NCBI GenBank assembly: GCA_964539995.1
Contig: CAZILR010000001.1
Coordinates: forward strand, 1-50,949
Source of the DNA: an uncultured Planctomyces sp.
GTDB taxonomy: Bacteria; Planctomycetota; Planctomycetia; Planctomycetales; Planctomycetaceae
Direction: 5' to 3'
DNA length: 50,949 bases
The notes below the pieces were generated by a model. The model saw only the letters and a program-made list of their open reading frames with translations. It did not search any database and was not told the DNA's origin. Position numbers and translations under genes: made by a program. Shown piece after piece: positions 37,925-44,970 of the stretch. Numbering within the stretch: the stretch's first letter is position 1; the number at the start of each line of letters is the position of its first letter.

Positions 37925-38224
37925 TCATTCCTCCGGAGTCTTCAACGTCCCTTCGATGGCGTCCGCGGTTCGGTCGAGCGTCTTGTCGAACACGTCCAGA
38001 ACCTTGTCGGCGGTCTTGGTGGCTCGGCCGGGCAAGCTTTGTCCGCTGCCAGGCAGACGCCTTTTCAATGCATCGACCACACCTCCAGACGACGTGTCAT
38101 CCGTCTTGGGTGGCTGAGCACCGCCGTCTCCGGTCGCGATGATCAACGCGGCACCCACGGCGATGACGCTGACGACCACTCGAAAAGTGCCAGAGCTGTT
38201 CCAGACTTGTTTGACGAATTCCAT
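37925..38224 (-). CDS. Small membrane-anchored protein (99 aa)
   Basis: N-terminal TM helix FRVVVSVIAVGAALIIA, a Gly/Ser/Pro linker, and a C-terminal amphipathic segment TADKVLDVFDKTLDRTADAIEGTL. AAGGTG lies upstream of ATG 38224. Confidence 0.6.
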   Translation of the reverse strand: MEFVKQVWNSSGTFRVVVSVIAVGAALIIATGDGGAQPPKTDDTSSGGVVDALKRRLPGSGQSLPGRATKTADKVLDVFDKTLDRTADAIEGTLKTPEE

Positions 38225-38249
38225 GATCGCACCTTGCGGAGTTTGAGTT

Positions 38250-38354
38250 TCAACGCAGCTTCGCCAGCAACACGAGCAGACCGATCAGCGTGAACGCGCT
38301 GAGGCCGCGAAACAGCGGCAGGTCATTCCAAAGAGCTTTGAGGTTGGTCCACAT
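38250..38354 (-). CDS. Micro-ORF (34 aa), single-pass membrane peptide, absent from the ORF track
   Basis: Decoded by hand as MWTNLKALWNDLPLFRGLSAFTLIGLLVLLAKLR followed by TGA. It starts 8 nt after the stop of the 235 aa gene and ends 25 nt before the next ATG. Confidence 0.4.
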   Translation of the reverse strand: MWTNLKALWNDLPLFRGLSAFTLIGLLVLLAKLR

Positions 38355-38362
38355 GGCATGGC

Positions 38363-39070
38363 TCACTGCACATTCACAAACACGAGTTGCTCTTCACCTG
38401 GTTCCAGAGTCCGCACGAACCCCTGACCGAGACTGGTGCGACAAGCGACGGTGATTCCACCACCACCATCCTTGACCCCTCTGATCGTCAACGGAGTGGG
38501 GTTGTTGCCATAAACCGGAATGGTCAAGTTGGTCCCGAGATGGTTGATCGGAAAGATCCCCAGACTGCGCTGGCCGATCAGGACTTCCACTTCGTCCCCG
38601 TCCTCGGCACACGAGTCGTACAGGTGCAAGAGATAACTTCGAGAGCCGGCGTGTTCGGCGTCCGCGGCACTCACCGCGAAACCGCCGACAAACAGAGCTG
38701 GACCCATCGGAGTGACCCACTTCACCGACTGCTGTTGGAACGCCGGTTTGGTTTGCGTGTCCTTCCAATGTCGAGCCGCTTGCTCATGGTGCGACCAGTC
38801 GGAGTGCCCCGACTCAGAGGGACCGGACATGAACCAAGCGAGTCCGACGAGCGCGGCCGCCGCGATCGCCCACCGACGGACATTGCGACTCGATCGCGTC
38901 GCCGTCCTTTGGGAACTTGTCGTTGGTGATGAATTGCTCGGCGATGGACGAGCTGATGGCGACAACTCATCCCACTGCTGCGGGAACGGTGCTACGACTG
39001 TCGCGGCAGAAAATGGCGGCGGAGCCAACGCAGGCTGTGGATGTCTCGGTGTGGGATTCAAGGCGGTCAT
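38363..39070 (-). CDS. Bitopic membrane protein: Pro/Ser-rich N-terminus, one TM helix, beta-rich C-terminal domain
   Basis: A strong SD (GAAGGAGG) lies upstream of ATG 39070. The TM helix is WAIAAAALVGLAWFM. The C-terminus reads YLLHLYDSCAEDGDEVEVLIGQRSLGIFPINHLGTNLTIPVYG. Confidence 0.8.
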   Translation of the reverse strand: MTALNPTPRHPQPALAPPPFSAATVVAPFPQQWDELSPSARPSPSNSSPTTSSQRTATRSSRNVRRWAIAAAALVGLAWFMSGPSESGHSDWSHHEQAARHWKDTQTKPAFQQQSVKWVTPMGPALFVGGFAVSAADAEHAGSRSYLLHLYDSCAEDGDEVEVLIGQRSLGIFPINHLGTNLTIPVYGNNPTPLTIRGVKDGGGGITVACRTSLGQGFVRTLEPGEEQLVFVNVQ

Positions 39071-39217
39071 GATGTTCCTCCTTCTGAAATCGCAGTCGCA
39101 GAAACAGGTGGTTCAGCAATCGGTCAGCAGCCAGACCGTCGTCACTGCGCAAAACGTGAAATGAGATTTGGAGTCGATGGCGACGCCGTTCGAGTGGCCA
39201 ATCGCAACAAGAAATCT

Positions 39218-41242
39218 CTATCGCTCGTCGGTCCAGGGGGTCGAGGCGATCGTGATGGGCTTCTCACTCACCGGCTGGATAAATCGGGCCTTGACCAGTT
39301 CCGCACGCTTCTGTTCCGCCGCATTCGCTCGCGCCATGCCGGAGTAATATTGCTGGCTCGTCCCCGCCCAGCCTTGAGCCATGCGAGCGTAGTTGGCAGG
39401 CAGCGCGACGTAACCCTTTGCCGTGCGGACATAGTTGCCGGGGATGCTGGCGTACGATTTCGCGATTTGAATCGGTGCGATGACACGTCCCTCGATATCC
39501 GGTGCATTGACGCCGAATCTGCCAAGCACTCCGCGTACTCGGTTATAGTCGTGGAACTTTTGGTGAATGCGCTGTTGAATTTGATCAAGCTTAATCACGG
39601 GTGCATCGAGTCTCGCCGCGACCGCATTCATTTCACTCACCGCATTGTCCAGCTTGGACAAGCCGCCGACCGTGCCGCCTCCCGGAGTCAACGGAGTCGC
39701 GGGAGTGTGAAAGTCGGCGGCTTCCGGGAACCAATGCACGTCGTTGCGATGCAGCCAACCGGGTTCAGGCAACAAATTGTCGTTCACGGCGGTGACTTGC
39801 AGCCATTCGTCTTCGCCTCGCAATGACGTCTTCACTTGGGTCACGCGAACTTTGGAATGCGCCGTGATCTGTCGCAGGACGGTTCCTTTTTTGTCAGGTT
39901 GCTGTCGCAGCGCCACTTGCTTCAATGGCAGCCGCCCTTCGTTCCTGAGGTTGAGCAGTGGCTTGCCAGACTCATCGAGGTGCAACTTGCCTTCCTCGTG
40001 GGCGAGGTAGTTTTGAATGGTGGAGTAATCCCCTTTGACGAAGACCTCCAGGTGCTCTCCGGCTTTGGCGAACTCGGCCAGCGCATCAGAGAACATGCCG
40101 CAATTACGAAAGATGGCTCCGCGCCCCAATCGAGCGAGTCGGCATTCGGTGTTCAGATCGAGCGACGGCCGGAGGTAAGTTCCCAGCGCGTAGCAAAGCT
40201 GGTCGTGGTGTCGGCGATAGAGGTCCGATTCCGACCGCCGATCGTTCGTTGCCACGAGCGTCGTATAACCTTTGATGAATTCCGCACCGCTGGCTTGTTC
40301 GATGCGGATGCCTTGGTCCGCAACCAGATCTGCGGACTGACGACGTTCCACGTCGGGATCACTGGTGGTGATGACCCGGGTCGGTGCAAAGCTGGCGATC
40401 TTGGCAACGCTAAATGGCAACGCTAGGCCGTAGAACAGTTCAGGCCTTTGCTGCTCGCCGAGATCAGCCGCCGCATCTTGAGTCTTGGAGTAGGCATAGT
40501 CGAACATCTCAAAGAGCGACACTTCTCCGTTGCTGTTGCCGAGCAAGTCCGCTGCACCGCCGAGGCCCTCGGCCAAGAAGTACGAGAACAGAGCATGTGA
40601 CTCGCCAGCTTGTAGCTTGGGACTGACGTACGATTGCTGAGCCTCACTGCAACTGCTCACCAGCCAGACTCCTTCGGGTGGCGTTTGCAGCGGCTTGACG
40701 AACCCACGAATGCGGCCGTCCAAACTGTTGCGACATGCATCAACGACCAGCAGCCGTCGTTCGGCTTTGCAGTTTGAAAGACGCCCGGTGATCTCAGAGA
40801 CCTTGATCAACTTCGATTCCGCGAGCTGCGAGTCGTCAAGTGCCGCGTCGGTTGCATCTGACGGGCAGAAATAGCTCGTCTCTCGGATCGCGATGCCGTG
40901 TCCGATGGTCACGACCAAAACGAGGTCGTCCGTCATCGCCTTGGCGAAAGTACGATCGAGACGGTTGAGGATATTCATCCGGGTGGGCCGCAAGGTTGTG
41001 TCCGCAGCGGATTCCTGGATCACCACGATGTTGGATTCCGGGAAGCCGCCTCGCAGCAACACTTGTCGCAATCGCTCGGCATCGCGCTGGGTTCCCTCCA
41101 AGGAAGGGAGTTGCGTTGCTTGGGGATAATCACGAACGGCGATGATCACGGCATGACGAGTTTCCGCTCGAGCGGCTGGAGCTGTGGACCACAAACACCA
41201 GCCGGTTGCGAGCAACAGAACGAGGCGAATGGTCAGATTCAT
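39218..41242 (-). CDS. Secreted caspase-fold (peptidase C14) protein with intact His-Cys dyad, helical repeats and SH3b-like domain
   Basis: ATG 41242 is preceded by AAGGAG, with signal peptide MNLTIRLVLLLATGWCLWSTAPAARA. VVTIGHGIA carries the His codon at 40898-40900. LLVVDACRNS carries the Cys codon at 40733-40735. The SH3b-like stretch is VRVTQVKTSLRGEDEWLQVTAVN. Confidence 0.9.
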   Translation of the reverse strand: MNLTIRLVLLLATGWCLWSTAPAARAETRHAVIIAVRDYPQATQLPSLEGTQRDAERLRQVLLRGGFPESNIVVIQESAADTTLRPTRMNILNRLDRTFAKAMTDDLVLVVTIGHGIAIRETSYFCPSDATDAALDDSQLAESKLIKVSEITGRLSNCKAERRLLVVDACRNSLDGRIRGFVKPLQTPPEGVWLVSSCSEAQQSYVSPKLQAGESHALFSYFLAEGLGGAADLLGNSNGEVSLFEMFDYAYSKTQDAAADLGEQQRPELFYGLALPFSVAKIASFAPTRVITTSDPDVERRQSADLVADQGIRIEQASGAEFIKGYTTLVATNDRRSESDLYRRHHDQLCYALGTYLRPSLDLNTECRLARLGRGAIFRNCGMFSDALAEFAKAGEHLEVFVKGDYSTIQNYLAHEEGKLHLDESGKPLLNLRNEGRLPLKQVALRQQPDKKGTVLRQITAHSKVRVTQVKTSLRGEDEWLQVTAVNDNLLPEPGWLHRNDVHWFPEAADFHTPATPLTPGGGTVGGLSKLDNAVSEMNAVAARLDAPVIKLDQIQQRIHQKFHDYNRVRGVLGRFGVNAPDIEGRVIAPIQIAKSYASIPGNYVRTAKGYVALPANYARMAQGWAGTSQQYYSGMARANAAEQKRAELVKARFIQPVSEKPITIASTPWTDER

Positions 41243-41285
41243 GAGAAGACTCCTTGGAGAGGGAACATAATTGGGGAGTCGGCGA

Positions 41286-42722
41286 CTACTCATCGCCAGA
41301 CGTTTGGCTGAAGGACTGTGGGAAGCGTGATGCCGTGCCGGCATAAACCTTTTCGAGCGTTGGCGCGAGGACGTTGTCGTTCGCCTGGTCTGGGCTTCGC
41401 AGGCTCGACAGTCTCACAAAGCCTTCAGTCAACGGAGCGGCGGTGTAACCCAGCCGATTCACGCTGAACTCCGGACGGAATTGGCCTTCCACCTTCAGCC
41501 ACTCATTCCCGACAAACTTCGTGACCTTCACCAACGTCCCGGCGGGCAGGACTTCACGGACGGTGATCTCTCCGGGGACTTGGACGTTGGTGGCAAAAGG
41601 CAGCAGCACGATCAATGGCCGTTGCTGAGCACTCGCACGCGCCCAAGCGGCCGCGACGTTTTGAGCATCCGCCTTCGAGGCCACGGCCGTGTTGGTCAGT
41701 TGGTCAATCTCGTTCTGTGTTTTCGAGTCAGGCCGATACTGCGAGGCGCGAAGCAAGGACTCCAGCGCCGCGGCACCCTTCCGCTCAACCAGGAGTGTGT
41801 TGCGGGCGGCACTCAGCAATTCTTCGGCCAGGCGCTGGCGCAGCTCAATGGGCAGGCGACGAGCGTCATCGGGATCTTCGCTGATGGCTGCCAACGTGAA
41901 GTTGGCGGTGGTCTTGCCATGAAAAATCGGGGCCGTCAATTGCTGGGCCTCGGCCGAGAGCTGGCAATAGTCGGACAACTCGAGCAGCGAAACTTGGCCA
42001 TCTCTGTTGCCGTCAGCGTGCTGTGCCAGTCCATCAATCACAGATCGCATGAAACAGGATGTCGCACCGCGACCATCGGCTGGCTGGGTGAGTCGATCTC
42101 CATTGTTGAACATCACCCATTGGTGGTCGGGAACTTGTATCGGTCGTTCGCCCGCTTTCGAGGTGGACTTCTTGGCCACTTGAGCTCGGCTTCCCGCCGC
42201 GTCGATCAACAGACAGCGTTTTGTCGAAGCCGAGAGAGACATCTGGTGGACGACCTCTTGCACCGAGATCAGTGTTTTCCGAGTCTCTTTCGTGGCGGTG
42301 TCGTCGCTCGTGTTCAGTTCGGCCTGGGAGGTGTCGCTGGCACAGAGGAGATCGGTGTCGCCCAAGCGCACGGCATACGAGGAGACTGCCACCAGAAACA
42401 CATCATCCGCTCTGACACGATCCACCATTGCCTTCAATTGCTGACGAAAGCCATCGACGGTCGCAGGACGAGATTGACGTCCGCTGGGAATCGTCAACAG
42501 CACAACGTGATCGGCCGCGAAGCCCGCTTTCAACAATTGGTCGCAGAGTTGTCTCGCTCCCTCAACGTGATGTGGTGCCGACTCCAGTTCGGAATAGCGC
42601 GACGGAGCCAGGATCAATGCCCAGGCCGACCCCGGCTCAGCAGCCGGTAGGATCGCCGTGGCCGAGAACACCCAACTCAAGAAGGCGATTCGTAACCTCG
42701 AATTTGAACAGAGGAGTTTCAT
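41286..42722 (-). CDS. Secreted caspase-fold paralogue lacking both catalytic residues (pseudo-protease)
   Basis: It aligns by eye to the downstream paralogue: DDVFLVAVSSYAVRLGDTDLLCASD against DDLVLVVTIGHGIAIRETSYFCPSD (His to Tyr, codon 42375-42377), and KRCLLIDAAGSR against RRLLVVDACRNS (Cys to Ala, codon 42195-42197). The ATG overlaps the upstream stop as ATGA. Confidence 0.85.
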   Translation of the reverse strand: MKLLCSNSRLRIAFLSWVFSATAILPAAEPGSAWALILAPSRYSELESAPHHVEGARQLCDQLLKAGFAADHVVLLTIPSGRQSRPATVDGFRQQLKAMVDRVRADDVFLVAVSSYAVRLGDTDLLCASDTSQAELNTSDDTATKETRKTLISVQEVVHQMSLSASTKRCLLIDAAGSRAQVAKKSTSKAGERPIQVPDHQWVMFNNGDRLTQPADGRGATSCFMRSVIDGLAQHADGNRDGQVSLLELSDYCQLSAEAQQLTAPIFHGKTTANFTLAAISEDPDDARRLPIELRQRLAEELLSAARNTLLVERKGAAALESLLRASQYRPDSKTQNEIDQLTNTAVASKADAQNVAAAWARASAQQRPLIVLLPFATNVQVPGEITVREVLPAGTLVKVTKFVGNEWLKVEGQFRPEFSVNRLGYTAAPLTEGFVRLSSLRSPDQANDNVLAPTLEKVYAGTASRFPQSFSQTSGDE

Positions 42723-44905
42723 GGCTGAGTTCCTGAAAGAGTTGGAATGGGGAGTGACTTCACCACAGCTTGCTCAAAATCGCCGTAGCGAATGTGAACC
42801 ACGGCCAGCAGCTCTCCGGGAACTTGCCGACCCTGATAGACCTCGACCTTCTCGTGCCCGATCTCGCCCAGCTTGGTACCGAGCCGAGGCTGAGCGGCCA
42901 TGCTCATGGGTCGTTCCGTCGGCTTGTAAAACGCCGCCGTCACAATGCCGACATCTTTGGGATAGCCCTTCCTCCAAGCTTCCGAATCTGAAGCATCGGT
43001 GACGACGAACGTGGCTCGTTGAGCATCGCGTTCGGGTCCGGAACTCTGGTCGTCGATCGCCGTGAAGAAGCCGCGGACCTCGTACTTGCCTGGTTCACAG
43101 AACCACGCCTTGGCGTTTGTCAGGTTCACAGACTGTGCGGGGCTGGTCTTCTTGGAGAGATCCTTGTGGACCACCTCGAAATGTCCTTCCGTGGTCAGCA
43201 AGGGGTGATCGGGCAGCGTGTTCAGCCCGTCCACCAACAACCGCAGGAAGACCGGCTCAGTACTTTGGTTCTCGACCCAGACGGTGTAGCGGTCCCCTTT
43301 GTTGACCTTCACCGACAGATGCCGATCTTGGTCCGACCATATTTCCGGCAAGGCAACCCCGTTCCGCTTGAGCCTGACTCGGAAAGGAAACGAGGCCTCT
43401 TTCATGGGATGCGGGCGACGAGCCTTCTCTTCGAGGCTGGCGATCTCGGCACGAATCTGAGCCTGGTCATCGGTGTTGCCGTAATCGAGCAGCGGATACG
43501 GCTTGTTGTTTCGCGGCTGCGTTGTGGTCTTCTGCGTGTCGTTTGTCTTCACGGAAGTCCTCGTGTCTCGCGGGACTTTCGGTGCGGCGGACGGAAACTC
43601 GCTCATGGCGGCTTCATTGACGGCGCTTCGGCCGATCATGGCCCACTCGGAAGGATTCAACAGCGCGCGGCCCGAAGCCGTCGTGAAGGTCGCTCCGTTT
43701 TGCGGATTCCACGGACTGCAATTGATCTCGACGCCGTGCCCTGCTGATTGCCTCAACTGACATAACACAACGGCGACGGACTGGTTGCCAACTTCCTCTT
43801 TCAGGGACTGGCCCAACTTTGTCATCGCAGGCCCAAGAATCGTGTGCGGTCCCAGGTCCAAACTCTGCAATCGAGAGCGCAACCAATCTTCGCTCAACAG
43901 CCGGTATCGAAAGTTTGCGCGAGCAGCGATTTCACTTCGAAGCTTTTGGCCGCAGTAACGCAGCAACGGTCCGAAGTCCTGGCCGACCGTTTTGGCTCCT
44001 TCAACTGGCAGGACTTGGAAATCCGGGATCGCAGTCCCTTCAATGCCCTGCCTGTGCAGCTCACTCGCGATCCGGTCACCGAGGTCGCTCAGAAGTTCGT
44101 CGAGTTTTCGTGGCTTCGCCGAGGCGAGCACGATGGACTGGTTCAACGCCGGCAGGCGATCAATCACCAACGTGGCTCGGTCGGACAATTCCCGCTCAGA
44201 AAACGTCACAAACTCCTGCCAAGTCAGGTCTCTGCTTTGGGGATGATCGATGTCTCCTCGCAATCGTTGCGACCAAACCGAAGTGATCGCCGATCGGCTT
44301 GGCGGGCCATTCTTTTTTGATGCCGACGTTCGCGAATAGCCAATCACGACTCCGATTGCCGCCTCTGAATCGAGCTTTGCCAAAGTCGCCTTCACGGCCT
44401 GTGGCAGGTTGCTCGCAGAAGTTCCGTCGCAGGCGACATCCAACAACAACACGGCTGAACGACATTTGCTCAACAACTCCAGCAGACTGAGCAAGCTGAC
44501 GCCGTCCGCCGTCGGACTCGCAGGGTCCGTCGTCGAAACCGCCAATCGCGGAGTCTTGTCGGCCCCCAAAAGCAGATGACCTCGATAGTACAACAACGAA
44601 AGGCCGGAACCCTGCTTGGTCTCGTTGACCCACTTAACCACTCCGTCGATGAATTCCGGTGAGCTTGTCGGTGTCACCGCCTTCAACTGAAGTCCGCCGC
44701 GCAACAAAGCGGACGACATCCCTTCAACGTCTTGGGCCGCGTGCTCAAGCGGCGCGAGGTGTTGAAATTCGCCGACATCGATGACCAATGCGTGACGGTC
44801 GTTGGCCGAGGCTGGCGAGTGATGCAATGCCATCCCGACAACGGCGAGCAACAAAGCTCTGGCAGCGAGGCTGCTGAGAATCTGAATTGAGAAAGTGGCC
44901 CGCAC
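42719..44905 (-). CDS. Secreted caspase-fold protein (His retained, Cys in shifted D-V-A-C context) with large C-terminal beta-rich region
   Basis: The probable start is GTG 44905, 6 nt after AAAGGAGA; the ORF-track start at 44941 is also GTG. RHALVIDVGEF, LLYYRGHLLLG (His codon 44576-44578) and VLLLDVACDG (Cys codon 44429-44431). The C-terminal part contains LSVKVNKGDRYTVWVENQSTEPVFLRLLVDG. Confidence 0.85.
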   Translation of the reverse strand: MRATFSIQILSSLAARALLLAVVGMALHHSPASANDRHALVIDVGEFQHLAPLEHAAQDVEGMSSALLRGGLQLKAVTPTSSPEFIDGVVKWVNETKQGSGLSLLYYRGHLLLGADKTPRLAVSTTDPASPTADGVSLLSLLELLSKCRSAVLLLDVACDGTSASNLPQAVKATLAKLDSEAAIGVVIGYSRTSASKKNGPPSRSAITSVWSQRLRGDIDHPQSRDLTWQEFVTFSERELSDRATLVIDRLPALNQSIVLASAKPRKLDELLSDLGDRIASELHRQGIEGTAIPDFQVLPVEGAKTVGQDFGPLLRYCGQKLRSEIAARANFRYRLLSEDWLRSRLQSLDLGPHTILGPAMTKLGQSLKEEVGNQSVAVVLCQLRQSAGHGVEINCSPWNPQNGATFTTASGRALLNPSEWAMIGRSAVNEAAMSEFPSAAPKVPRDTRTSVKTNDTQKTTTQPRNNKPYPLLDYGNTDDQAQIRAEIASLEEKARRPHPMKEASFPFRVRLKRNGVALPEIWSDQDRHLSVKVNKGDRYTVWVENQSTEPVFLRLLVDGLNTLPDHPLLTTEGHFEVVHKDLSKKTSPAQSVNLTNAKAWFCEPGKYEVRGFFTAIDDQSSGPERDAQRATFVVTDASDSEAWRKGYPKDVGIVTAAFYKPTERPMSMAAQPRLGTKLGEIGHEKVEVYQGRQVPGELLAVVHIRYGDFEQAVVKSLPIPTLSGTQP

Positions 44906-44970
44906 GATCAGTCTCCTTTTGGTGTGATCAAACAATCGCACGCAATGTTCATGAACAGCACGGCTTCGAA

